Source: an uncultured Lachnospiraceae bacterium (lineage in GTDB: Bacteria > Bacillota > Clostridia > Lachnospirales > Lachnospiraceae). From it: a stretch of DNA of 64,000 nt. The stretch is taken from assembly GCA_910585895.1 (NCBI GenBank), contig CAJUHY010000004.1, positions 5,010-69,009 of the forward strand. The letters run 5' to 3'. This document shows positions 48,685 through 58,707 of this stretch, one piece after another. The translations under genes and the position numbers were made by a program. Below the pieces are notes generated by a model, which was not told the DNA's origin, searched no databases, and was given only the letters and a program-made list of their open reading frames with translations. Each line of letters starts with the position of its first letter. The stretch's first letter is position 1.

Positions 48685-49848
48685 ATGGTAAAAGTTTCAG
48701 TAATTATTCCAGTTTATAATATGGAGAAATATCTCGCACATTGTCTGGACAGCGTACTTGGTCAGACACTTGAGGAGATAGAGGCATTGTGTATCAATGA
48801 TGGCTCAGCGGATACATCGCTTGATATTCTTAAACAGTACCAGCAGAGAGATAAACGTGTGACGATTATCGACCAGCAGAATCAAGGTGTGGCGAAAGCC
48901 AGGAATAATGGCATCCGTCAGGCCAGGGGCAAATATGTGATATTTATGGACCCGGATGATTGGTATCCGTCGGCAGATATTTTGGAGATGCTTTATGCGG
49001 GAGCGGAACAAAATCAGGTCGCTATCGCTGGCGGAAGTTTCATGGATTACCATGATGGAATTTATAATGAGGAATTTGAAGAACGGTATTATGGTTACCA
49101 TTTTGAGCGGGAGGGCGTGATAGAGTATAAGGACTATCAGTTCGATTTCGGCTATCAGCGTTTTATTTTCCTGCGCAAATTGCTGGCGGACAACAATATT
49201 TTCTTTCCGGAATATGTAAGGTACCAGGATCCGCCGTTTATGGTGGAAGCCATGATTGCCGCAGGCAGATTCTATGGCATAGATAAACCTTCCTACTGTT
49301 ACCGCTACGGTCATGAGAACGTGTCCTGGAACGAGAGGAAGGTTTGTGACGTATTAAAAGGAATTCAGGATATTCTCGATATTTCCAGAAAGCATGGACT
49401 TAAGAAACTACATCAGCTGTGCGTAGTGCGTCTGAATGAAGAATATCGGCAGCTGATGGGGGACAGTATTTTTTATGAGGATTATGCAGTCCCTGTATAT
49501 GAATCCATGATGGAGACGCTGCTCCATATTGACCAGAGTATGCTGGAAGGAATGGATATCAATATTACGCAGATACTGAGCCCTATTATTGCCAGAATAC
49601 GTGAAGATGCAGTCAGGCATGAGGAAGCTTACCAAAATTTACAGGAAGTGTGTGATTGGAAAGAGCAGGAGAAAATAGGGCTGAGGAGTGAGATTGCCAA
49701 CCTGACGATTGCCATGCGTTATCTTGATACAGACAGGAAATATTTAGAGGACGATAACCGTGCAGTATATGATTCTTTTTCATATCGGTTTGGGCATAGC
49801 GTGACCAGTGCGCCGCGTTGGGTTTACCGGAAGCTGGGAGGAAGCTAA
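48685..49848 (+). CDS. GT2 glycosyltransferase with C-terminal coiled coil
   Basis: VSVIIPVYN, NDGS, MDPDDW, YQDPPF; tail SFSYRFG...APRW. Start moved to ATG 48685. Confidence 0.85.
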   Translation: MVKVSVIIPVYNMEKYLAHCLDSVLGQTLEEIEALCINDGSADTSLDILKQYQQRDKRVTIIDQQNQGVAKARNNGIRQARGKYVIFMDPDDWYPSADILEMLYAGAEQNQVAIAGGSFMDYHDGIYNEEFEERYYGYHFEREGVIEYKDYQFDFGYQRFIFLRKLLADNNIFFPEYVRYQDPPFMVEAMIAAGRFYGIDKPSYCYRYGHENVSWNERKVCDVLKGIQDILDISRKHGLKKLHQLCVVRLNEEYRQLMGDSIFYEDYAVPVYESMMETLLHIDQSMLEGMDINITQILSPIIARIREDAVRHEEAYQNLQEVCDWKEQEKIGLRSEIANLTIAMRYLDTDRKYLEDDNRAVYDSFSYRFGHSVTSAPRWVYRKLGGS

Positions 49849-49851
49849 GGT

Positions 49852-50850
49852 ATGAGAAAGCTGTTGAGCATTGTGGTTCCGACCTATAATGTAGAGAAAT
49901 ATCTGCGCAGGTGTCTGGATTCCTTTTGCATAGAAGAGATTCAGGACAAGCTGGAAGTATTGGTCGTAAATGACGGCTCTACGGACGGTTCTGCAGATAT
50001 TGCTGAGGAATATGTAAGAAGTTATCCGCAGGTTTTTCGGCTGATTAATAAAAAAAACGGTGGTCACGGCTCCACGATTAACTGTGGGATTCGGGAAGCA
50101 GCGGGCAGGTATTTTAAGGTAGTGGACAGTGATGACTGGGTGGATGAGCAAGCTTTCAGCAAGCTGTTCGCGTATTTAGAGGACTGTAATTCTGATGTTG
50201 TCTATACGAATTTCTACCATGTAGATGATGCAACCGGCAAAAAGACCATTGAATTTTTAAATCCTTTTCCCGGAGTGGAATATGGGAGAGAGTATCATTT
50301 TTCTGAGATTAAGAGTAATCTTTTCCTGAAAATGCACGGATATACGATAAAAACAGAACTTCTACGACATATTCCCGCAATAGATGAAAACTGTTTTTAT
50401 GTGGATATGGAATATGTGCTTTTTCCAGTTCCGTGGGTTGAGACGATAACATTTCTGGATTTGTTTGTGTACCAATACAGGGTGGGGCTGCCGGGGCAGA
50501 GCATGAATATCCAAAGAATGAAAAAAAATGCTGATAATTACGACCGGGTTCTGGTACGTTTGCTGCAATTTTATGAACAATGGCGTCCCAGACTGCAGCC
50601 GGCAAAGTTACACCATATGGAGCATGTGTTGGGACGTATGGCAGCCAGCAGGATTAAAATTTATCTGAGCCAGCCTTACAGCAGGGAGAACCGGAAAGGA
50701 ATCGAAGCATTTGAGGAATCCATAAGGAAGAATTATCCAATGGTCTATGCTGCTGTGGAAAATAGGGCTGTTTTGCTGCTGCGGCGCAGCCGTTATAGGT
50801 TGTACATGGCAGCAAGGGCTGTGTATTACTGGAAAGAAAGGCTAAGTTAG
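49852..50850 (+). CDS. GT2 glycosyltransferase
   Basis: SIVVPTYN, NGGHGSTIN, VDSDDW, FYVDMEY. Confidence 0.88.
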   Translation: MRKLLSIVVPTYNVEKYLRRCLDSFCIEEIQDKLEVLVVNDGSTDGSADIAEEYVRSYPQVFRLINKKNGGHGSTINCGIREAAGRYFKVVDSDDWVDEQAFSKLFAYLEDCNSDVVYTNFYHVDDATGKKTIEFLNPFPGVEYGREYHFSEIKSNLFLKMHGYTIKTELLRHIPAIDENCFYVDMEYVLFPVPWVETITFLDLFVYQYRVGLPGQSMNIQRMKKNADNYDRVLVRLLQFYEQWRPRLQPAKLHHMEHVLGRMAASRIKIYLSQPYSRENRKGIEAFEESIRKNYPMVYAAVENRAVLLLRRSRYRLYMAARAVYYWKERLS

Positions 50851-50851
50851 T

Positions 50852-51652
50852 ATGAACAGAGATAAGACTAAGGTCAGAATAGAAACCTTCATTAAATATT
50901 CGGAATTGATGAAACAATTAGTGGTCAGGGATTTAAAGCTCAAATACCGCAGGAGCCTTCTGGGGTATCTTTGGAGCATTTTGAATCCGCTTTTGATTAT
51001 GCTTGTGATGGTAGCGGTCTTCTCCAATCTCTTCGACCGCAGCGGTTCTATCAAGAACTATGCCGTGTATCTGATTGCGGGGCGAACTGTATTTGAATTT
51101 ATTACGACTTCTACCAATGATGCTATGCGTTCGATTATCGGCAATGCTTCATTGCTCAAGAAAGTGTATGTGCCCAAATATGTATTCACGCTGTCTAAGG
51201 TGACGAGCGGGCTTGTGAATATGGTATTCTCCATGGGCGCCCTGCTGATTGTAATGGTGTTTACCCGTTCACCGTTTACCTGGTATTTTCTTTTGTTCCC
51301 GGTGGTGCTTGTACAGCTTTACCTTTTCTGCTGCGGGTTAGGGTTCTTTCTTGCGCAGGCCAATGTTTTTTTCCGGGATATTCAGTATATCTATAAAGCC
51401 TTTACCACTGCATGGATGTATATTACGCCACTGTTTTATTCGATAGAGCAAATGGACGGCTGGGTACGGTTTGTCATAGAGTACCTAAATCCCGCCTATT
51501 ACTATGTGAATCAGTTCCGGTGTTTTGTATATGAAGGTTGTTTGCCTGATGTCCGAATATTTGTAGGCGGCTGCATTATATCTGTGCTTTCCTTTGTAAT
51601 CGGGTTGCTGTTCTTTAAAAAATCGCAGGATAAATTTATTTTATATATATAG
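50852..51652 (+). CDS. wzm: Polysaccharide ABC exporter permease (second Wzm)
   Basis: RDLKLKYRRSLLGYLWSILNP, LLKKVYVP, TPLFY, LNP. Confidence 0.92.
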   Translation: MNRDKTKVRIETFIKYSELMKQLVVRDLKLKYRRSLLGYLWSILNPLLIMLVMVAVFSNLFDRSGSIKNYAVYLIAGRTVFEFITTSTNDAMRSIIGNASLLKKVYVPKYVFTLSKVTSGLVNMVFSMGALLIVMVFTRSPFTWYFLLFPVVLVQLYLFCCGLGFFLAQANVFFRDIQYIYKAFTTAWMYITPLFYSIEQMDGWVRFVIEYLNPAYYYVNQFRCFVYEGCLPDVRIFVGGCIISVLSFVIGLLFFKKSQDKFILYI

Positions 51653-51662
51653 GGTGATAAAT

Positions 51663-52418
51663 ATGGAAGAAAGAATTATGATTGATGTTGACCATGTGAC
51701 GATACGTTTTAACAAGGCAACGCAGAAGATAGACAACCTGAAAGATTATGCGATTAAGTTTATCCGCCGGGAATTGATGTTCCAGGAATTTCTGGCGCTG
51801 CAGGATATTTCTTTTCAGGTGCATAAAGGGGAAGGCTGGGGATTGATTGGCACCAATGGCTCTGGCAAAAGCACAATGCTCAAGGCAATTGCCGGGATTA
51901 TGAAACCATATAAAGGCTCAATTACCACTAATGGGATGATTGCTCCCCTGATTGAGCTGGGGGCCGGCTTTGACTCTAACCTGACGGCGCGTGAAAATAT
52001 TTATCTAAACGGCGCTGTCCTTGGGTATTCCAGGCAGTTCATGGAAGAGCATTTCGAGGAGATTGTCGAATTTGCGGGTATCCGTAACTTTCTGGATTCG
52101 CCGATTAAGAATTATTCTTCCGGTATGAAAGCACGGCTGGGATTTTCTGTGGCAACAGTTGTAAACCCCGATATTCTGATTGTGGATGAAGTTCTGTCGG
52201 TAGGGGATGCGAAATTTAAGAAAAAATGCAACCAGAGAATGGAGGAACTGCTGGCCAATGATACTACGCTGCTCTATGTTTCACATAATATCAAATCGGT
52301 GTTGAAACTCTGTACCCATGCGCTGTGGATTGATAAAGGACATGCTGTGATGAAGGGCAGAGTGGAAGAAGTATGTGAAAAGTATATGGAAGCACAGGGA
52401 CTGACTATGGAAGATTAA
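51663..52418 (+). CDS. wzt: Polysaccharide ABC exporter ATPase (second Wzt, no C-terminal CBM)
   Basis: GTNGSGKST, YSSGMKARLGF, DEVLSVGD; ends directly after the NBD. Confidence 0.92.
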   Translation: MEERIMIDVDHVTIRFNKATQKIDNLKDYAIKFIRRELMFQEFLALQDISFQVHKGEGWGLIGTNGSGKSTMLKAIAGIMKPYKGSITTNGMIAPLIELGAGFDSNLTARENIYLNGAVLGYSRQFMEEHFEEIVEFAGIRNFLDSPIKNYSSGMKARLGFSVATVVNPDILIVDEVLSVGDAKFKKKCNQRMEELLANDTTLLYVSHNIKSVLKLCTHALWIDKGHAVMKGRVEEVCEKYMEAQGLTMED

Positions 52419-52430
52419 AGGAGAAGGTAG

Positions 52431-54287
52431 ATGAAATTACAACAGTTAATTCTGCGCGATGTTACCCGGGAGAATATTCTGCTGCCCTTATATATCACGG
52501 AAGAAAATATCCGAAGGAAGAGGATGGTTACCGAGGAACTGTATGTGCGCATGGAAGAGGCGTCGTTTCTCTCATTTAAAGTGGATGGAATCTATTTCCG
52601 AATGGGCGGCAAGGCAGGTCTTGACACGTTTCAGAACAGTTTTTCCTGTGGAAAATGGAAGAAATATACGATTATAGAGAATGTGTTTATCACCCTGGAA
52701 CTCAAAGGAGATTTTAAACTTCAGCTGATGCACGCCAGACTGCAGGACGGAGAAGTTGTGGAGACACTGCTGTCTGAGCGGGAAATCCATGCGGAAGAAC
52801 AGACAGAGGTCACGGAAGAGTTTGGGACCTTGCAGGAGGAAGGGATTTTTTATGTGGTTTTAGAAGCCCTGCAAGCAGGAGCCATGTTATATTCCGGGTT
52901 TTACGGCACGGAGGATTTGCAGCCGACGCAGGAAGTGAAGCTGGCAATTGATATCTGTACATTTAAGCGTGAACAATACGTTGCCAGGAACATGGAAATT
53001 TTAAAACAAGACATCCTGGAGAATGAGGATTCCCCATGCTATGGCAAAGTCTGGGTGCATATTTCTGACAATGCTTCCTCCCTGGATGGAATTGTCGATT
53101 CTCAGGAACATATCACCGTCGATAAGAATGCCAATCTTGGAGGGGTAGGCGGATTTACCCGGGGGATTATAGAGACTCAGAAGCGGGCAGGGGATGGATA
53201 TACCCATGTCCTGCTGATGGACGATGATGCAACCATCAGTTCTGCAGCGGTAGAGGCAAATTATCTTCTGCTCGCATATTTAAAACCGGAATATTTTGGA
53301 TATACTGTAGGTGGAAAGCTGCTTGTACTGGGACATCCGTTTGTACAGTTTGAGGTGGGCGCAAAGTGGAATGAGGGCAAGATTGCGGCATTAAAAAATA
53401 ACCGCGATATCCGCCTGGTTGAAGAAGTGCTGGACAGTGAGCGCGAGGATGAGGTCGTAGAATATCAGGGCTGGTGGTATTGCTGTATTCCATTGCAGGA
53501 GATTGAGACAGATAATTTGCCGCTGCCGATTTTTATCCACAGAGATGATGTGGAATATGGGCTGAGGGTAGGTAAGGAACGCTTTATTTTCATGAACCGC
53601 ATCTGTATCTGGCATGAGGCATTTGCGGGGAAGATGCCGGGACCGCTGGATTACTATGATATCCGCAACCATGCGATTACCAATGCCATTCATTGTCCGC
53701 AATATACCAAGGAAGATTTCAAGAAATTTGTCAGCAAATGGGTGTGGGGCAATATCGGCAAATACCGTTACAAATATGTTGACTATAACGTTAAGGCAGT
53801 GGAAGATTTCTGTAAAGGAATTGACTGGCTTCTTGACACAGATGCTTTTGCATTGCACCAGGAGTTGTTTGCCATGAATTATAAGGCAAAGCCTGTCTCA
53901 GAGTGGGTTGGCTTTGAGGGGATTACGGAGGAACAACTCGAACGCAGGGAGAAAGGTTTTAAAAATCCAGGAGCCCTTGGGCGCAAGTTTCATATGGCAA
54001 CGGCAAACGGATTTTTCTTTCCTGTTAAGAGCCGCAGGATTGTTATCTCCGAACCTTATGGCAGTGTTCACATTTTATACCGCAGACCGAGGACAATTGT
54101 TGTAGACAATTATGGAAACGGCGTATATTTGGAACGAGATAAGAAGCAGTTTTGGGAATGTAAGCGAAAGCTGGAAAAGGCGCTCAAATTAATTGATGAA
54201 AAATATGACGCTGCGGCAAAAAGTTACCGCGAGCGCTACAGGGAACTGGTGAGCCGGGAATTCTGGGAAAAATATCTGGGGCTATAG
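52431..54287 (+). CDS. GlfT2-like GT2, putative galactofuranosyltransferase/polymerase
   Basis: N-terminal beta domain, CTFKR, NLGGVGGFTRG, LLMDDD, GWWYCC, PLPIFIHRDDVEYGLR; glf is nearby. Confidence 0.75.
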   Translation: MKLQQLILRDVTRENILLPLYITEENIRRKRMVTEELYVRMEEASFLSFKVDGIYFRMGGKAGLDTFQNSFSCGKWKKYTIIENVFITLELKGDFKLQLMHARLQDGEVVETLLSEREIHAEEQTEVTEEFGTLQEEGIFYVVLEALQAGAMLYSGFYGTEDLQPTQEVKLAIDICTFKREQYVARNMEILKQDILENEDSPCYGKVWVHISDNASSLDGIVDSQEHITVDKNANLGGVGGFTRGIIETQKRAGDGYTHVLLMDDDATISSAAVEANYLLLAYLKPEYFGYTVGGKLLVLGHPFVQFEVGAKWNEGKIAALKNNRDIRLVEEVLDSEREDEVVEYQGWWYCCIPLQEIETDNLPLPIFIHRDDVEYGLRVGKERFIFMNRICIWHEAFAGKMPGPLDYYDIRNHAITNAIHCPQYTKEDFKKFVSKWVWGNIGKYRYKYVDYNVKAVEDFCKGIDWLLDTDAFALHQELFAMNYKAKPVSEWVGFEGITEEQLERREKGFKNPGALGRKFHMATANGFFFPVKSRRIVISEPYGSVHILYRRPRTIVVDNYGNGVYLERDKKQFWECKRKLEKALKLIDEKYDAAAKSYRERYRELVSREFWEKYLGL

Positions 54288-54299
54288 TAGGAGAAATAT

Positions 54300-57200
54300 A
54301 TGGAAAATAAACATGGGCAGACGTGGGAAGGTAAAATTGAAGAGTTAGAGGGAAAGCATTTTGATATCGGGATTGCGGGCGTCTGGTACGGTACCAATTA
54401 TGGGAGCGTGCTCACGTACTATGCGCTTTACCGGACCTTGACGAAATTAGGATACTCTGTACTGATGATTGATAAGCTGCGCAAAGTGGAGAATGATTGG
54501 GAGTTAAATGAGAAAATCCATTCCCGGGTGTTTGCTGCCAAGCATTATCAACAGATTGCCCCTGCCCTCAGAGCAGATGAGATGAAGCTGCTGAACCGTT
54601 ACTGCGATACGTTCCTTATGGGCTGCGACCAGGTGTGGAATTATGGGATTGCCAGGAATTTCGGTCTGAATAATTATTTTGATTATGTGGCAGAGGATAA
54701 AAGAAAGCTCTCTTATGCTTCTTCTTTTGGACATGATGTATCTTTCACCCCAGTGGAAATGATGCCTATAGTCACAAAGCTGTTTCACCGGTTTGATGCG
54801 ATTTCTGTCCGGGAGGCGGATGCAGTGCGCGTCCTGAAAGATGAATTTGGCATAGAGGGCACACAGGTAGTGGACCCGGTATTTTTGCTGGATAAGGGAG
54901 AATATCAGGAAATTCTTAAGGACAGCAAGGCAAAAGAGACAGAGAAGTTCCTGCTCTCTTATATATTGGACCCAACGCCGGAGATTCGGGAAGCGCTGCT
55001 TTATGTGGCGGAGAAAAAGAATTTAAAGCTTGTAAATATGATTGACGGCAGAGGGGACAGGAAGAAAAATATAGAGATATTGAATCTACCTAATATTGTG
55101 GAAAATCTTGATGCCCCTACCTGGCTTTGGTATATGGAACACGCAGAGTTCGTGATTACGGATTCCTGCCATGGCGCCAGCTTTTCTCTGATATTTGAAC
55201 GCCCATTTATTGCGATTGCCAATAAGCGGCGTGGCGTGTCCCGGTTTGAATCACTGGTGGACATGCTGGCAGTCAGGGACCGTTATATCCATGACGTAGG
55301 GCGGATACAGAGAGAAGAGAAGCTTTTATCCGATGTGGATTATGTGAGGATAAATAATATATTTGCCATGGAGCGTGAGCGTTCCCTCAATTGGTTGAAA
55401 TCTGCACTCAGTAAGGAAAAGAAGCAGCCAATTACTGTCAAAGACTGTGTCAGCAAGAAGGAATGCTGTGGCTGCGGCGCATGTTTCCAGGCCTGTCCTT
55501 CCGATGCTATCCGCATGGATTATGATGAGGAAGGAATACTTTATCCGCTGGTGGACGAAGAGAGATGTATCCGCTGCGGAAAGTGTGTGCGTGTTTGTCC
55601 AGCGCTTCATCCTTATGATAACAACAAAAAAGAGCCAGAATGTTATGCTGCATTTGCTGATGATGAGGTTCGTGCGGTCAGTTCCTCAGGCGGCATATTT
55701 TCCATGGTGGCAGAGCAGGTGCTTAAGGAGGGCGGGGCAGTCTGCGGAGCCATGTTTGATGAGCAATTCCGTTTATCGCAGAAAGTCATATATTCCAGAG
55801 AAGAGTTGCCAAAGCTGCGCAGTTCCAAATATATTCAGAGCAATACAGGGCACACATTCCAGGAGATAAAAAAGGTTTTGGATGATGGAAAACCCGCTTT
55901 ATATGTGGGAACGCCCTGTCTGATAGCGGGACTCAGAGGATATCTGGGTAAGGAATATGAACAGCTTTTTACGATTGATTTGCTGTGCCACGGCGGTCCG
56001 TCCCCGGTGTCTTTCCAGAAATATTTACAGGAAGTGCACGGAAAAAAAGAAATAGCTTATGTGGGATTTCGGGATAAAGAGCATTTTGAATGGCAGATTA
56101 ATGGCACGGGCATGACGGTGAAATATAAAGACGGCGGCAGTTACCGCCGGGCCAAAAGTGAGGATTTGTACTATCGGGCGTTTACGCCGTCTCTGATGGT
56201 ACGTCCGCAATGTCAGGTGTGCAATTACGCCAAATTGCCAAGGCTTGGTGATTTTACACTGGGAGATTTCTGGGGCGTGGAGAAATACAATCCTGAGTTG
56301 ACGGATGGCAAGGGCACTTCCATCGTTTCAGTCAATAGTGAAAAAGGGGCGATAATGCTTGGCAAAATCAAGCCAAAGCTGAAGCTTCTGGAGAAAATAG
56401 ATATCAACCACATTCTTACTCATGGGCAGCCCTATGCCAGGCCTTATAAGAATAACCCCAGAAGGTACCGTTTTCTGCGGATGGCGCGGGACTGTTCTTT
56501 TAGGAAAAGTCTTGAATGCTGTGAACAGAACAGATTTGATTTTGCGCTGCTGGGGATGAACGGCGATTCCTATGGAGAGATTTTAGGGTATTATGCCCTC
56601 TACCAGGAGATTGCGGGCAGAAATTGCTCTCTGCTTATGGTAAAGCGGCCGCGGGAAATGGATGAGGAAATCACACCGTTGAAATACCGCCTGACAAGTT
56701 TTGCAAACCGTTATTACCCAACCGTGAGCACCCACGAGCGCGTAGGGCGGCTTTCCATGCTGCAGGAGACCTGCGGGGGGTATATCTCAGACGATGTAGC
56801 TGCTTATGAGAAATATCTGGGTGAAAGAAAATATTTCGTAGATTTCGCGAAAGCCCTGGGCGGACTTGACAAGGAATTCCTGCTGGGGAAACAGGAGTAT
56901 GAAAAGCTTACGGCCTATGCAGACTGCGGTCTGCCGGAGAAATATATCGCCTATGACTGCAGGAGTATCCAGAACGGAATGGAGACGAAAATCCGGCAGT
57001 ATGCCAGTGAACATTCCCTGCCCATTGTGCAGCTTAACGAGGATAGGATGGCTGAAAACTGGCTGTATCTTATCCAACATGCACAGTGGGTTGTCAGCAA
57101 CCAGCGGGATGTGATAAATTTTGCAGTTATTTTTGAGAAGAAGCTGTTAATCCCACAGCCGGGATTGCGGGAGGCGGTCAAACGCCATATATTGGAACTT

Positions 57201-57476
57201 GGTTTGGAGGGCAGCCTACTTAAAGAAGCGGAGGATATGCATAAAAAACTCTCAGGCTTAGAACACTTCAGATATGGAAATGTCCATAATATCATAGATG
57301 AGAGATGCGCCTGTGCACGAAGGGAGCTGAGCAAATCTTTAAAAAGTGTGAACCGGAATATCCGGCACAGGGACAATCCGCTGCCCGGCAGGGTGAAAAG
57401 AGGCGGTATCCAGGTCATAAAGAGAGCGCTGCCGCCGTCTGTAAAGAATGGGATAAAAAAGCTGCTTGGAAGATAG
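54300..57476 (+). CDS. Polysaccharide pyruvyl transferase-family domain fused to a 2x[4Fe-4S] ferredoxin, an FrhB/FdhB-like domain and a second degenerate transferase domain
   Basis: NYGS.L..YAL, GCDQVWN, ISVRE, DPVFLL, TDSCHG; CCGCGACFQACP and CIRCGKCVRVCP; SSSGG, SKYIQS, GTPC, DLLCHG, DFTLGDFWG. Confidence 0.85.
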   Translation: MENKHGQTWEGKIEELEGKHFDIGIAGVWYGTNYGSVLTYYALYRTLTKLGYSVLMIDKLRKVENDWELNEKIHSRVFAAKHYQQIAPALRADEMKLLNRYCDTFLMGCDQVWNYGIARNFGLNNYFDYVAEDKRKLSYASSFGHDVSFTPVEMMPIVTKLFHRFDAISVREADAVRVLKDEFGIEGTQVVDPVFLLDKGEYQEILKDSKAKETEKFLLSYILDPTPEIREALLYVAEKKNLKLVNMIDGRGDRKKNIEILNLPNIVENLDAPTWLWYMEHAEFVITDSCHGASFSLIFERPFIAIANKRRGVSRFESLVDMLAVRDRYIHDVGRIQREEKLLSDVDYVRINNIFAMERERSLNWLKSALSKEKKQPITVKDCVSKKECCGCGACFQACPSDAIRMDYDEEGILYPLVDEERCIRCGKCVRVCPALHPYDNNKKEPECYAAFADDEVRAVSSSGGIFSMVAEQVLKEGGAVCGAMFDEQFRLSQKVIYSREELPKLRSSKYIQSNTGHTFQEIKKVLDDGKPALYVGTPCLIAGLRGYLGKEYEQLFTIDLLCHGGPSPVSFQKYLQEVHGKKEIAYVGFRDKEHFEWQINGTGMTVKYKDGGSYRRAKSEDLYYRAFTPSLMVRPQCQVCNYAKLPRLGDFTLGDFWGVEKYNPELTDGKGTSIVSVNSEKGAIMLGKIKPKLKLLEKIDINHILTHGQPYARPYKNNPRRYRFLRMARDCSFRKSLECCEQNRFDFALLGMNGDSYGEILGYYALYQEIAGRNCSLLMVKRPREMDEEITPLKYRLTSFANRYYPTVSTHERVGRLSMLQETCGGYISDDVAAYEKYLGERKYFVDFAKALGGLDKEFLLGKQEYEKLTAYADCGLPEKYIAYDCRSIQNGMETKIRQYASEHSLPIVQLNEDRMAENWLYLIQHAQWVVSNQRDVINFAVIFEKKLLIPQPGLREAVKRHILELGLEGSLLKEAEDMHKKLSGLEHFRYGNVHNIIDERCACARRELSKSLKSVNRNIRHRDNPLPGRVKRGGIQVIKRALPPSVKNGIKKLLGR

Positions 57477-57501
57477 AATATAAGGCACATGAGGAGGTAA
57501 G

Positions 57502-58668
57502 ATGGGCGAGAAGTATGATGTTGGCATCTTGGGCGTGTGGTATGGCTGCAATTACGGCAGCATCGCGACATACTATTCCCTTTACTGTGCTGTGAGGGAT
57601 ATGGGCAAGAGCGTCCTTATGGTACATCGTCCCTGGATAGAGCCATTTGATGAAAAACGCATGGAAAAAAGACATGCCATGAAATTTGCAAGGAAGCATT
57701 ATGATGTCAGCAAAGCATATCATGTGGGAGAAATTAGTGAGCTGAACGAACTATGCGATACGTTCCTGCTTGGCTCGGACCAGCTCTGGAAATATGGCGT
57801 TACCAAAGTGTTTGGGCATAGCTATTTTCTTGATTTTGTGCAGAAAGGTAAAAATAAGGTGGCGTATGCCACCTCCTTTGGTGCGGAGCGATTTCTGGCG
57901 CCGTGGTCTTTTTCCTGGAAGGCGCTCAGCTGTATGCGCCGGATGAATTATGTCTCAGTGCGGGAAGAAACCAACGTAAATATGTGCCGGAAGCTGTTTG
58001 GCGTTGAGGCGGTACATACGCTGGATCCGATTCTGCTGTGCGACAGGGGGCGTTTGGCCGAGATTGCCCAGGAGTCTGCGCGGGAGCAGAAAAAGGGCTA
58101 TATCGCGGCGTATGTCCTGGATCCTACACCGGAGAAGAAGCAGGCGCTGCTTTGGCTGGCAGAAAAGCTGGGAAAAGATATTGTTGTTATGCTGGACGGT
58201 TGGCCTCATCTGTTTAAGAAGAATAAGGAGAAGATGGGACTGCCGCAGTATACAGTTACTGAACTAACAGTTAACGATTGGATTTTCTATATGGAAAACA
58301 GCGATTTTGTGCTGACCGATTCTTTTCATGGCACATGCGTAGCGTTGCTGTATGAAAAACAGTTTTATGCAATCTCCAACCCCGGACGGGGAGCGAGCCG
58401 CTTTGAATCGCTGACCAAAGAGTTTGGCCTGACAGGGAATTACGTTCATGATCCGCAAGAGATTATGCAGCGGGATTTGCCAAAGCCGCTGGATTATGAG
58501 AGGATAAATAAAATATTGGAGGATAAGAGAAGGGATTCCATGGAATGGCTTAGGAAGGCGATTTGCGAGCCTGAACAAAACCATAGCGCCGTTATTAAAA
58601 AAGAAAAGTTGTATCCTTTGCGGATGCTCAAAGCGATTCTTCGCTATTATGCAGGAAACCATAAATAA
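57502..58668 (+). CDS. Polysaccharide pyruvyl transferase family protein
   Basis: NYGSIATYYSL, GSDQLW, VSVRE, DPILL, TDSFHG. Confidence 0.88.
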   Translation: MGEKYDVGILGVWYGCNYGSIATYYSLYCAVRDMGKSVLMVHRPWIEPFDEKRMEKRHAMKFARKHYDVSKAYHVGEISELNELCDTFLLGSDQLWKYGVTKVFGHSYFLDFVQKGKNKVAYATSFGAERFLAPWSFSWKALSCMRRMNYVSVREETNVNMCRKLFGVEAVHTLDPILLCDRGRLAEIAQESAREQKKGYIAAYVLDPTPEKKQALLWLAEKLGKDIVVMLDGWPHLFKKNKEKMGLPQYTVTELTVNDWIFYMENSDFVLTDSFHGTCVALLYEKQFYAISNPGRGASRFESLTKEFGLTGNYVHDPQEIMQRDLPKPLDYERINKILEDKRRDSMEWLRKAICEPEQNHSAVIKKEKLYPLRMLKAILRYYAGNHK

Positions 58669-58707
58669 CATAGTTATTCAAATAAAAGGAAAGAAGAAGG
58701 GAACAGT

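Noticed and set aside
50050..50528. A8 tracts in the GT2 gene as phase-variation sites
   Set aside because: In frame, explained by Lys/Asn codons, and too short to be convincing.
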